From Dehalococcoidia bacterium (lineage in GTDB: Bacteria > Chloroflexota > Dehalococcoidia > Lucifugimonadales > UBA3495), in assembly GCA_030740155.1 (NCBI GenBank), contig JASLXV010000062.1, positions 1-60,029 of the forward strand: a stretch of DNA of 60,029 nt, given 5' to 3'. A model generated the notes under the pieces. It saw only the letters and a program-made list of their open reading frames with translations. It ran no database searches and was not told where the DNA came from. Numbering within the stretch: the stretch's first letter is position 1; each line of letters opens with the position of its first letter. This document shows, in pieces, positions 18,793 to 28,802 of this stretch. The position numbers were made by a program, and so were the translations under genes.

Positions 18793-19764
18793 TTACTTGG
18801 ACGCTCCCAGGTTGACACCCACCAGAGGCAGCACGTCCCGGACAATCGCCTTCAGTTGCTCGTCCTGTTCTTCCGGTGGAGCGGGCACCTCGACGTGGAT
18901 GTGAGTCAGCCCGGCGTCAAGAAAGGCTTGCAGCTTTTCCGCGCACTGCTGCGGCGTCCCCAGGCATTGGAGGTGATCCGCCATTCCAGGGTTACCGGCG
19001 TGTCCGTAGATCCTGGTGCGGTTTTCCGAGGTCCTCTGGATGGCGTCTTCTTTGTTATCCGACACGTAGATCCGGATGATGCTTGCCGCAGTGAGGGTGG
19101 ACGGGTCCCTGCCGTACCCTTGAGCGTACTCCAGCGTGCGGTTCCACACCCACTGGAAGCTTCCCGGGCTGACCCAGGAGGCAAACCATCCCTGGCCCAG
19201 CTTGGCCGTGCGCCGGATCGCGGCTTCGGACTTTCCCCGGTGGGCCAGCCAGAAAGGAGGACCCCCGGGCTGAACCGGCGGCGGCAGCATGGTGGCGTCT
19301 TGGATACGATAGTACCGGCCTTCGTAGTTTACTTCTTCTCCCGTCCAGAGGAGGCGCATGATCTCCAGCGACTCGTTGGTCCGGCCGGCCCGCTCACTCA
19401 CCTTGACCCCGCAGGACTCGTACTCGTGAGAGTAGTCGCCGCCAACGGCCGGGATTAGAAAGACCCGCCCGGGGGCGATATGGTCCAGGGTGCCGACCAT
19501 TTTGGCGGTGATGGTGGGATGCCGAAGGGGTACCAGGAGTACTGTCCCCACGTTGATCCGATTCGTGTTGGCCAAGATCAGGCCCATCATTACCAGCGAA
19601 TCCAGGGTGGGATGCCGCCAGAGCATATGATCGGCGAGGGTGAGGAAATCGTACCCTTCCTTTTCGGCATGGGTAGCAGCCTCAATCATCACATCTACGC
19701 CCAACTGGCCGTGGGACATGCCGCCGATTCCGATCCCTATTTCGATCTTCCGGGTTTCGGACAT
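18793..19764 (-). CDS. LLM-class flavin-dependent oxidoreductase (tandem paralogue)
   Basis: Same length (323 aa) and long identical blocks with 17604-18575. Confidence 0.92.
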   Translation of the reverse strand: MSETRKIEIGIGIGGMSHGQLGVDVMIEAATHAEKEGYDFLTLADHMLWRHPTLDSLVMMGLILANTNRINVGTVLLVPLRHPTITAKMVGTLDHIAPGRVFLIPAVGGDYSHEYESCGVKVSERAGRTNESLEIMRLLWTGEEVNYEGRYYRIQDATMLPPPVQPGGPPFWLAHRGKSEAAIRRTAKLGQGWFASWVSPGSFQWVWNRTLEYAQGYGRDPSTLTAASIIRIYVSDNKEDAIQRTSENRTRIYGHAGNPGMADHLQCLGTPQQCAEKLQAFLDAGLTHIHVEVPAPPEEQDEQLKAIVRDVLPLVGVNLGASK

Positions 19765-19952
19765 GGATCACCTCATTTGAACCCGCGCAAGGAGTGTGGC
19801 GCCGAAACCGGGGCATTCGCGACGCCGAATTGCTAACCCCGGTTAGTGAGAACAATACTCCATAGGCTGGCCCGGTTTGTCAATGAGCCTTCAGACCGGA
19901 ATGGGCCGATGTCTCCGGGGCGCCCCCGGTTATCCACGTCCGGGTCCGCGAA

Positions 19953-20481
19953 TCACGGCCGGCCCTTGCCCCGCAGGTAAATGAACCAATAGACCATCCC
20001 AACGAGCACCCCTCCGCCCAGGATGTTCCCCAAGGTCACTGCCGCCAGGTTGTGAGCCATCCAGGGAAGGGTCAAACGGGAAAGCTCGCCGCTCAGCGGT
20101 CCCGCGGCCTGAAGGACATCCGGGTTGTCCTTCAGCAGCAGGCCCAGAGGGATGAAGTACATGTTGGCGATGCTATGTTCGAATCCGGCGGTCACGAAGG
20201 CGGTGACGGGGAATATCGCGGCCAGATCTTTGTCGATGAGACTGCATCCGGACGCGGCAAGCCATACGGCCAGGCATACCAGGGCGTTTGCCAGAATGCC
20301 CCGCATCAATGCCGCCTCGAAGGACAGGTTACCTTCCCGTTGGCGATGCTCACGGCGGTCACGCCGACCTGGTGCCCGTCTTGCTCTCACCAGCCGGCGT
20401 AGTAGATCATCACCACGACGCTCAGGGCTCCCAGCAGGTTGCCAACGTACACCAGCCCCCGAGGTGCCGGAGGAGATTCCA
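19953..20481 (-). pseudogene. Formate/nitrite transporter (FNT) fragment
   Basis: GILANALVCLAVW, GFEHSIANMYF, VTLGNILGG; upstream LVYVGNLLG is in another frame with an internal stop; N-terminus missing. Confidence 0.8.
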
Positions 20482-20981
20482 GGGGAAAGGACTGGGGACG
20501 CCCAGAGAGCAGTTCAGGGGGCGAGGGGCCACTCCACCGTGGCCGTCCGAACAGACCCGCCTATCCATCTTGAAGGGATGCGCGAGGAACAGGGCCGGAC
20601 CGTCGCCCGAACCGGTTGTCGTTCAGGTCGTTCAATGGACCGGAACCGCTCGGCTAGGCTCGCCGCCTCGAGGAGCCGGCTGTAGCCTGGCTCAGGACAG
20701 GCCAAGCCAATGTTGAAAAGGCGCCTCTCGGGGCTAATCCTAACCTCGGGGATTTCGTCCGGGGTTTGGCAGAGGGTAAGATGCCGAAATAGTTTCGGCG
20801 GAGAGCTATGCCGTTCGGCTCAGGATAAACTCCACGAGGAATCTCGTCATTACACTGAGATTCCTCTTTGCCCCGCTCCTAGGCACCCGGTGGCTGACGG
20901 GGAGGGACCACGATTCGATCGAGACGCTGGGGCAGCGTGTCCCTCCCTGCTAGCACACCCGGCGGGACCGGTCACCGGTCA

Positions 20982-22253
20982 CTAGGCCGACCGGCCGGCC
21001 ATCTGGGGCTTGGCCCACGCCATCGACGAGACCGGCATCTGGAGTGGCGCGTAGGGGTACAGGGCCACTCTGGTGCCGGGCCCATGCCGGCGCTCCAAAT
21101 CCGCCAACACTTCGTCCCAGGTCCGGTGCCAGTCGACCTTGTCCGGCGGGCCGATCATTTCCCGGTCGTTCCAGGATAGGTTGGGGGCAAAGACGATGGT
21201 TCGGTTGGCCTTCCCGAGGTTGCCGGCTATACGACGGGGAGTGTAGCCCCGGCCGCCGTAGTCGGTTCCGAAGCGGCCGGCGTACTGGTGCAGACACTGT
21301 CCATCGTAGGAGTGGGAGATTAGCACCACGTCGCCGCCCTCCTTCAAGGAGCTGGGCACCACCCAGGTGGCCCGGTTGGTCTGGCACTCGTCCGGGTAGC
21401 TGTTCGCCACCACCACGTCGGCTTCCTCCACGGTATCGGTGACGTATGTCTTGCGCGCCACCTCCACGCCGGCCCGGTGCTCGGCCACGAAGTCACCCGC
21501 GAACATCGCGACCACCTCGCGGCGGTTGTTCAGTACCGAGTCAACCTTGAAGTGCAGGCCGGCCAGGCGCGTCGCTTCTTCGATGTCCAGCCGGAACACG
21601 TTGTCGTCCACCCGGCCCAGGGCGGAGTTCTCCGTGCTGTGCTTGTGGTGGTGGTTGACGGTCTCGATGCCGGCGATGCCGGGCAGGACCAACTTCCCGC
21701 CACCGCCGAAGCCCGCGTGGGGGTGGGGGAAGAGGCTGCCTATGCCCAGCCGCAGGTCGCAGGAGGCAAATTCCCGGTTTACCCACATGGGTGTTCCCCG
21801 GCTGGTGGTCCCGACGTTGACCAGGTTCTCCCAGATGCAATGGTTGTAAACGGGGAACCGCTCCACTATATCCCGGCCCAGTTTGGCCACCAGCTCGGGA
21901 AAGAGCAGGGGACGATGGGTGCCGGGGGCGCACACGAAACGTATTTGATCGTCGGTGATGCCGCCGGCGTGCAGCTCCTCCAGCACGAAGGGAACGATGC
22001 GGTAAGCCGGTGTGGGTTTGGGTATGTCGTCGAAGAGGATGCACACCTGCTTCTTGCCCTTGGCGAGTTCGCTGAGCCGGGGTGATCCGATGGGGGACTG
22101 CAGTGCCTGACGCATCTCCTCGTCGGAAAGGGCCGGCTGGTCGTGGCCGGCCATCAGGCACTCCGTCACCTGCCAGTTGTCGGGAAAAGTCAGTCCGATC
22201 TCATTATCCCCGTAAAAAGCATTGACTCGAACCTTGAATTCTTGCGGTGCCAT
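20982..22253 (-). CDS. larA: Lactate racemase (LarA) superfamily nickel-pincer enzyme
   Basis: SPIGSPRL, FDDIPKPTP, PGTHR, GTTSRGTP, PHPHAGFGGGGKLVLPG, NHHH; substrate unknown. Confidence 0.9.
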   Translation of the reverse strand: MAPQEFKVRVNAFYGDNEIGLTFPDNWQVTECLMAGHDQPALSDEEMRQALQSPIGSPRLSELAKGKKQVCILFDDIPKPTPAYRIVPFVLEELHAGGITDDQIRFVCAPGTHRPLLFPELVAKLGRDIVERFPVYNHCIWENLVNVGTTSRGTPMWVNREFASCDLRLGIGSLFPHPHAGFGGGGKLVLPGIAGIETVNHHHKHSTENSALGRVDDNVFRLDIEEATRLAGLHFKVDSVLNNRREVVAMFAGDFVAEHRAGVEVARKTYVTDTVEEADVVVANSYPDECQTNRATWVVPSSLKEGGDVVLISHSYDGQCLHQYAGRFGTDYGGRGYTPRRIAGNLGKANRTIVFAPNLSWNDREMIGPPDKVDWHRTWDEVLADLERRHGPGTRVALYPYAPLQMPVSSMAWAKPQMAGRSA

Positions 22254-22433
22254 TCTCACCCCTCCAAATTGGACGTACTGGCTCGACCGGTGCCCCACCG
22301 GTGTGGCAAGGAAGCTGAGATCCCTGAGCCCTGCATCCGGCGACGGAGATACATGGGCACTTCGATTCTAGCCGCCGGTGGCGCCAAACCAAGCCGCCGG
22401 TGGCGCCAGCCGGTGCCGCTGCCCGGTACGCGC

Positions 22434-22462
22434 AGCCTACGACCCTCAGTTCGCTGTGTCAA
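22434..22462 (-). promoter_or_regulatory. Sigma70-type promoter for larA homologue
   Basis: TTGACA-N17-TAGGCT. Confidence 0.6.
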
Positions 22463-22622
22463 GCGCTTGACCCTCTTCCCCGTCGGCAGGGCGTTCAGTA
22501 TCGGCATTGCCCGCCATTTCTTCGGATGTATCCACCCCACCAATCGGGCTTGTAGCCTCTTCAAGGGCAGTTGGCCTTCATCAGCTCCGGCGCGGCCGGA
22601 TACTGCCCGAAGAATTGCGCCG

Positions 22623-24671
22623 TCAGGGCAGTTGGGGCACGATCGGCAAGTCCCGGATTCGGGACCCGGTGGCATCGTGGACCGCGTTGTCGATGGCGGC
22701 CGCGATCGGCACGATGGCGGGCTCACCGGCGCCGGTGGACTGAGTTGCCGGATCTCCGGCCAGCACCACCTCGATCTGGGGGGTGTCGGTGATGCGCGGC
22801 ACCCGGTACCGGCTGAAGCTTGGGTTCAACAGCCGCCCGGCGTCGAACTCCACCGCCTCCCATAGAGCCGTGCCCATTCCCATGATGATGGAACCCTCAA
22901 TCTGGTTGCGGGCGCCCTCGGGGTTGACCACCAGGCCGCAGTCGAAGGCGGCCACGACTCTCTGTACCCTGACCTCTTTGCCTTCTACTGCGAGTTCGAC
23001 GCACTCCGCCGCGTAGCTGCCGACGTCATAGCCGATGGCCACGCCGAATCCGGTGGAAGGTCCGGGCCGCCGGGACTCCCAGCCAAACTTGCCAGCCGCC
23101 TCGGTGAGGACTCGGCGCAACCGAGGATGCGTCAGGTTCATGAGCCGGAGTTCCACCGGGTCCAGCTTCAGAGTGGTCGCGATCTCATCCAGGTGCACCT
23201 CCCGGGCGAAGTGATTAGTCGCGCCCCCCAACGACCGGTAGGAGCCGGAGCGCAGGGGTGATTCGGCGACGGCCACGGCGATGCGTACGTTGGGGGTGTT
23301 GTAAGGCGTATCGGATCCGCGCTGTCCACGCATCGCCCGCTCCCCGGTGTGATAGGCGGTGTGCTCCCAGGCCACGATGGTGCCGTCGGCCTTGATCCCG
23401 CTGCGAATCTCAATAACCGCCGCGGGCCGCACGGTGCTCCACATGAACTCCTCCGGCCGGTTGTGGGCGACCCGCACGGGCCGGCCGGCCGCCCTCGAGA
23501 GCCGGGCTGCTTCGTAGGCCACCCCGTTGGAATCCTTGGTGCCGAAGGAGCCGCCGATGTCGGTGGTGATGACGTGCACCAGCTCCTCGCTGATTCCGAA
23601 GGCCCGAGCCAGCTCCTCCCGCACCCCAAAGGGGCTTCGGTCACCGGACAGGACGGTCAGCTCGTCGCCATCCCATGAGGCCACGGCGGCGCTCGGTTCG
23701 AGGGCGGAGTTGGAGACGTAGGGCACGAAGTAGCGGCCCTCCAGAACGCGGTCCGCCAGCTCGAAGCCGGCCGCCGTCGATCCCTCCTCCCGGACCACCA
23801 CCAGCTCCCCGGCCTTCTCCTTCAGGAGGGCCGGGAGGTCCCAGTCGGACGGAAGTTCCCGGTCTTCTTGCCAGCGGGCCCGAATCCTTTCCAGCGCGGA
23901 TTCGGCCGTGTCCTCGCGCTCGCCGATCACGCCGACAAAGTTGTCCTCCCGAACCACCATCACAACGCCGGACACGCGCTCGGCCTGGGTGCTATCGATC
24001 CGCTGCAAGCGCGCGCCGTAGGAAGGGGGGCGAAGGACCTTGCCGTGGAGCATTCCGGCCATGGCCACGTCCTGCGAAAACTTGGCTCGACCGGTGACCC
24101 GGGCGAGAGCGTCGCTCCGCGGCGCATCCCGTCCCATGAGAAGGAACCCTTCCGGGTCCTTGATGGCCGTGTCCTCCGGAATGGGCACGTTCAGGTCCTG
24201 GCCTTGAAGAAGCTCGGCGTAGCTGGCCGTCCGGCTTGGCTCTCCGGTCTGGAAGACGTGGCCGTCGCGGGTCGCCAGGCTGGTGGCGGGCACCGCCCAT
24301 TGCCCGGCGGCGAGGCCGATGAGGGTCTGCCGGGCCGTGGCGGCGGCGCGCCGGAGTTGAATCCCTATCGTGCGGGTCGAAAAGCTGCCGGTGGTCCCCC
24401 GATCGAAGGGGACCAATCGCGTGTCGCCCAGGATGACCCGGACCGAGGCGAGAGGTACGTCCAACTCATCGGCTATCGAGAGGGTAAATCCGCTGCGGAT
24501 GCCCTGGCCGTATTCGACCTTGCCCGAGAAAGCGGTCACGTTCCCTTGTTGGTCCATCACCAGCAAATCCGCCTCCGGTCCGGGTGGTTCGCGGAGTTCC
24601 AACTCGCCGGCCCATTGGGGAGGGCCGGTGACGGTCAGGGCGATATTCTCGGGAACACCGGTGGCGGTCAT
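22623..24671 (-). CDS. Xanthine oxidase-family molybdopterin subunit (IorB-like)
   Basis: GKVEYGQG, TTGS, GGSFG, YRSLG, VNPEGARNQIEG, GAGEP; ATGA overlap with the small subunit fixes the start at 24671. Confidence 0.9.
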   Translation of the reverse strand: MTATGVPENIALTVTGPPQWAGELELREPPGPEADLLVMDQQGNVTAFSGKVEYGQGIRSGFTLSIADELDVPLASVRVILGDTRLVPFDRGTTGSFSTRTIGIQLRRAAATARQTLIGLAAGQWAVPATSLATRDGHVFQTGEPSRTASYAELLQGQDLNVPIPEDTAIKDPEGFLLMGRDAPRSDALARVTGRAKFSQDVAMAGMLHGKVLRPPSYGARLQRIDSTQAERVSGVVMVVREDNFVGVIGEREDTAESALERIRARWQEDRELPSDWDLPALLKEKAGELVVVREEGSTAAGFELADRVLEGRYFVPYVSNSALEPSAAVASWDGDELTVLSGDRSPFGVREELARAFGISEELVHVITTDIGGSFGTKDSNGVAYEAARLSRAAGRPVRVAHNRPEEFMWSTVRPAAVIEIRSGIKADGTIVAWEHTAYHTGERAMRGQRGSDTPYNTPNVRIAVAVAESPLRSGSYRSLGGATNHFAREVHLDEIATTLKLDPVELRLMNLTHPRLRRVLTEAAGKFGWESRRPGPSTGFGVAIGYDVGSYAAECVELAVEGKEVRVQRVVAAFDCGLVVNPEGARNQIEGSIIMGMGTALWEAVEFDAGRLLNPSFSRYRVPRITDTPQIEVVLAGDPATQSTGAGEPAIVPIAAAIDNAVHDATGSRIRDLPIVPQLP

Positions 24672-25144
24672 TGCTGCGCTCCTTTCAATTGGCCGATCCG
24701 TTCCGCGGCAGACAGGGCGGCCTTGATGATGCGGACGTAGGTGCCGCAGCGGCATATGTGGCCGCTCAGCGCCGAGCGGACCTGGTTCTCGTCGGGGCTC
24801 GGGTTGCGCGCGAGCAGGGCCACCGTGCTCAAGATGAAGCCGGGGGTGCAGTACGCACACTGGAACGCCGTGTGCTCGATGAACGCGTCTTGGACCGGGT
24901 GAAGCATGTCCCCGGTTGCCAGGCCCTCGATGGTCGTGATTTCCCGCCCAGCCGCCGACGCCGCCGGCGTGACGCAGGAGCGCGCCGTTTCGCCGTCGAG
25001 CAAGACGGTGCACGCGCCGCAGCCCCCCTCTCCGCATCCGTATTTCGTTCCGGTCAAGCCAAGGTCATCGCGGAGGACCCCCAGAAGCATCCTATCCCCT
25101 TCCACGGCCACCTCGTACGAATCTCCGTTCACCTGTAGACGCAT
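24668..25144 (-). CDS. 2x[2Fe-2S] subunit (IorA/CoxS-like)
   Basis: GTKYGCGEGGCGACTV, FQCAYCTPG, HICRCGTY. Confidence 0.95.
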   Translation of the reverse strand: MRLQVNGDSYEVAVEGDRMLLGVLRDDLGLTGTKYGCGEGGCGACTVLLDGETARSCVTPAASAAGREITTIEGLATGDMLHPVQDAFIEHTAFQCAYCTPGFILSTVALLARNPSPDENQVRSALSGHICRCGTYVRIIKAALSAAERIGQLKGAQQ

Positions 25145-25299
25145 TGCTCGCTACTCCTTTCCTCCGGCCCTTCATGAAGGACCGTCCTTCGCTGGAGCCA
25201 GTCTATCTTAAATCTTCTTCGCTGAGGACTGGGGTCTCAATATACTGTCCCACAGATCGCTCTACATCGGCGAAAATCTGCGACCTTCCCTCCCACCCT

Positions 25300-25545
25300 C
25301 GTCATTCCGGCGAAGGCCGGAACCCAGAGAAGCGCGGGATGGACCCCGGCCTTCGCCGGGGTGACGAATTGGGTACCGAGCCAGTTACGAGACACCAGCC
25401 TCGATGATCTCCTGCGTCACCCGCCCGCTCGTCTTTCCGGCGAAAGCCGGAATCCATGGAATCCCCGAATCTCACCAGACCGGGAGCTGGTTCCCGGCCT
25501 TCGCCTGGATGACGGTGCTGGGTTTCAAGCCAATAACGAGATACC
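25300..25545. repeat. dRS3-like repeat family GTCATyCCGGCGAAGGCCGGrATCCA (also 33479-33545, 45533-45560, 56576-56793)
   Basis: Inverted pairs of the core, often followed by a GGTATCAAGCC-like tail. Confidence 0.8.
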
Positions 25546-25548
25546 AGG

Positions 25549-27072
25549 CTAGCCCAACGCGGCGTTACGCCCGGCAATTCGCCCGGAGGTGAATGCCCAC
25601 ATCAGGTGGAGGCCGTGGGCCCCGAGGAGCACGCCTCCCTGTCCCGTGGAGCCCGCGGAGAAGAGTCCCGGAATGACATTACCCATGCTATCCAGGACCT
25701 CCATCCGGCTGTTGACGGCCAGGCCTCCGTCCGTGATGGATACCCCGCCTTTGGCCGGTCCCAGGGCGTAGAAGGGCGGGACCTTGAGTCCGCTTCCAAC
25801 CTGGGTGCGGCCGAAGGCGAGGTCATGCCCCTGATCAGCGTATCCGTTGTACTCCCGCGCGGTCTCGAGGAGATTGGCCGCGGGCATCCCCAGCTTGTGG
25901 GCCAGGGCCTCGAGAGAAGGCGCTTGGGCGTAGATATCTTTCCGGTTTCGGCGGTAATCGGGCAAATAAGCATAGGCTACCCCAGGGGCTGTGGAGATGT
26001 AGTACGGCCAGCGGGAAAACTTGCGAGCGACTGCCGCGTCAAACAGGATGAAAGCCTCCTGCTCCGGCTGCCGGGGAATGGCGAGGGCCGGTTGGTCCAA
26101 CTCGTTCGTAAACCGTCGACCCTCCCGGTTCACGTAGATGGCGCCTTCCTCGAGAAGCTCCGGGGACGGCGCCAGATGGGTGGTGATAAAGGACATGACA
26201 AACGGCCGAATGAGGGGCCGCAAAAAGTATGCGGGGAGTCTATTCAACACCATGCTCATCAGCCGGGTCAGAGGCCTGGCCGGCGGCAGGCGCGAGACTC
26301 GTGATCGATGCCGGGGGGCCACGAATCTGATCCCCGGCCCCATCAGCAGGTCCCCATTCACCACCTTGGCCCCGACCTCCAGCGCCATTCGCTGGCCGTC
26401 GCCGGTGCTGGTGGGGTTTATCCCTTCGATATGCGCCACGTTGGGAGGCAGATACCTCTCCTTCATCGCCGCGCCGGAGCTGAAGTCTCCCGAGGCCAGG
26501 ACCAGGCCGCCGGAGGCCAGAATGCTCACCTTCTCCCCTCGGGCCGTGTTCGCCTCCACGCCGGTTACCCGGCCGTTCCGAAGGAGAATCCGCTCCCCGC
26601 TTACGCCCAGCCTGATTTCCACGCCCCGTTTCTTGGCTTCCCGCCGCAGGTTGTAGATGTAGGCCGAGGAGTTGGGCAGGGCGTTGTGCATCCGCGGAAC
26701 CCGGTTGGGGGGCTCCGGCACGGGGCCGAAGAATGAAACCCCCAACTCCATCAACCACTGGAAGGTGGCCGGGGACTTTTGGACCAGCAGGCGTCTAAAC
26801 TCGAGGTTGTCCCGCTCGTTCAGCCCAACCAGGTCATTGAACAGCCCAATGTCCTCGAAGAAAGCATCAAAAGAGTCTTCGATGCCCTCACGCCGCTGCA
26901 GAGACGTACAGCAGGCGGAGACAGAACCCACCGAGAGGGCGGTGGAGCCTCCGAGGGACGGGTTCTTCTCGATGAGGATTACCCGGCCTCCGGCCGCCGC
27001 CGCTTCCACCGCGGCGGCCAGCCCGGCGCCGCCCCCTCCCACCACCACTACGTCAGCCTGGAATTCAGCCAT
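25549..27072 (-). CDS. FAD-dependent oxidoreductase (fumarate reductase/3-ketosteroid dehydrogenase-like flavoprotein)
   Basis: VVVVGGGGAG, GGSTALS, STGDG, GRRFTNE, ITDGGL, IPGLFSAG, AFTSGRIAG. Confidence 0.9.
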   Translation of the reverse strand: MAEFQADVVVVGGGGAGLAAAVEAAAAGGRVILIEKNPSLGGSTALSVGSVSACCTSLQRREGIEDSFDAFFEDIGLFNDLVGLNERDNLEFRRLLVQKSPATFQWLMELGVSFFGPVPEPPNRVPRMHNALPNSSAYIYNLRREAKKRGVEIRLGVSGERILLRNGRVTGVEANTARGEKVSILASGGLVLASGDFSSGAAMKERYLPPNVAHIEGINPTSTGDGQRMALEVGAKVVNGDLLMGPGIRFVAPRHRSRVSRLPPARPLTRLMSMVLNRLPAYFLRPLIRPFVMSFITTHLAPSPELLEEGAIYVNREGRRFTNELDQPALAIPRQPEQEAFILFDAAVARKFSRWPYYISTAPGVAYAYLPDYRRNRKDIYAQAPSLEALAHKLGMPAANLLETAREYNGYADQGHDLAFGRTQVGSGLKVPPFYALGPAKGGVSITDGGLAVNSRMEVLDSMGNVIPGLFSAGSTGQGGVLLGAHGLHLMWAFTSGRIAGRNAALG

Positions 27073-27383
27073 CTCGACGACCCCCGGATTGTCCAGTCGC
27101 GTGGCGTGCTGCAGCCATCCGGCCCTTCCCATACAGCCCTGCCCATGCACCCTTTCTCGCTCGATGGATCCGGCCCATCTCAAAACTGCGGTAAAGGCAG
27201 AGCTTGCCGGGAATTGAAGGCCCGGCCGGCCGAGCGGCCCCGGTCTTTGTACCACGTGTTATATTCATTTCACAAGGGCGGGCCACGAGGACGGGAGCGG
27301 CGCCGCCTGCCGAATTGGGTTCAAGGGCGGATACCGGCAATAATGTCCGTTGGCTTTCAGGCGCAAATGAGGAATGAGGTTGC

Positions 27384-28724
27384 ATGAGGGATAATCCACC
27401 TGCCAAGGGTACCCCGGAGTGTCGCAAGAAAGTATTCTATGGCTGGTGGATTGTAGTCGCGGGGAGCATCCTCAATGCTCTTTCGGGAGGGACCTACCAG
27501 ACCGGCTTCTCGGTGTACTTCCTCCCGGTGACCCGCGACTTCGGACTAAGCCGGGCGGCTACCTCACTGGCCTACGGCCTGGCTCGTATGGAAGGCGGCT
27601 TCGAAGGGCCGCTGGCAGGGTACCTGGTTGACCGGCTCGGACCCCGGACGATGATAGCTATCGGCGGGTTGCTGGCCGGCCTGGGATTCATTCTCCTGTC
27701 CCAGACTCACAGCTTCACCACGTTCCTGATCGTGTATGTTGGCGTGCTCGCCCTGGGCATGAACGCCGGATTCAACCACGGCATCATGGCCTCGATCAAC
27801 CAGTGGTTCGTCCGACGCAAGGGCCTGGCCATGTCCATAACCACCACGGGAATGTCCGTTGGCGGGGCCGTGATCACCCCGCTGGTCGCGGTAATTGTGT
27901 TAAATTTGGGCTGGAGGCACGGCGCGGTCATATCGGGCCTGGTCCTGATCGCCGTGGTGGTCCCGATGTCCGCGGTGATACGCCGTTCTCCTGAGAGCAT
28001 GGGGCTGCTGCCCGATGGAGACACCGCGCCACCAACCGCCGCCGGCGGGCGCCTCTCCGGCTCGGAATCGAAACGGTTCAGCCGACACATTACCACCGTG
28101 GATTCCACCGCGAAGGAGGCGCTTAGAACGCGAGCCTATTGGCTGCTGGCGATGGCCATGGGCATGCGAATCGCGGCCCACTCTGGGGTGTTCGTGCACC
28201 TGGTGCCTCTGATGGTCTGGAAGGGACAAACGGAGGCGGTCGGCGCCTTCGTCGTGTCCTTCGTGGCCTTTGTCTCCATCCTTCTCCGGGTCCTGCTCGG
28301 CTGGATGGGAGACAAGTGGACCAAGCAGAAGATGGTCGGCATCACCATGCTCGTGGGCGCGTTCAGCCTGGTGATTCTTCTTCTGACCAGTGGGGCGCTG
28401 TGGCAGCTGCTGATCTTCGCCGTCTTCTTCGCCGTTGCCGAGGGAGTAAACGGCTTGTCATGGTCGCTACTCGGCGACTTCTTTGGCCGCAAAAGCTTCG
28501 CCACCCTCAGGGGCGGAATCACCATGGTGCACAGCTTCATGTCGATGGGCGTGCCGGTGTTCGCGGGCTGGGTATTCGATACCTCCGGCAGCTATTACTG
28601 GGCCCTCCTTCCCATCCTTGGGTTGTATTTGCTGGCGGCTCTCGCGTTCTGGTACCTTCCCTATCCCAGACCCCCCAGACGGGTGGCGGACCCCGCACCG
28701 GAAGGCGTCTTCGCCGGCGCCTGA
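27384..28724 (+). CDS. MFS transporter
   Basis: FYGWWIV, GYLVDRLGPR, about 12 TM segments. Confidence 0.92.
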   Translation: MRDNPPAKGTPECRKKVFYGWWIVVAGSILNALSGGTYQTGFSVYFLPVTRDFGLSRAATSLAYGLARMEGGFEGPLAGYLVDRLGPRTMIAIGGLLAGLGFILLSQTHSFTTFLIVYVGVLALGMNAGFNHGIMASINQWFVRRKGLAMSITTTGMSVGGAVITPLVAVIVLNLGWRHGAVISGLVLIAVVVPMSAVIRRSPESMGLLPDGDTAPPTAAGGRLSGSESKRFSRHITTVDSTAKEALRTRAYWLLAMAMGMRIAAHSGVFVHLVPLMVWKGQTEAVGAFVVSFVAFVSILLRVLLGWMGDKWTKQKMVGITMLVGAFSLVILLLTSGALWQLLIFAVFFAVAEGVNGLSWSLLGDFFGRKSFATLRGGITMVHSFMSMGVPVFAGWVFDTSGSYYWALLPILGLYLLAALAFWYLPYPRPPRRVADPAPEGVFAGA

Positions 28725-28802
28725 GGTCGCCCTCACCCTTCAAAGTGCCTGGCTGATTTCTGGGAGCGCGGACCCCTTCTCTGGCTCCAAGAACCATGGG
28801 CG

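Noticed and set aside
20389..20391. In-frame TGA in the FNT fragment as selenocysteine
   Set aside because: Not at a Cys position, and the gene is also frameshifted and truncated.
24672..25037. N-terminal extension of the 804-aa molybdopterin ORF
   Set aside because: Overlaps the [2Fe-2S] gene in another frame; the ATGA-coupled start at 24671 is more plausible.
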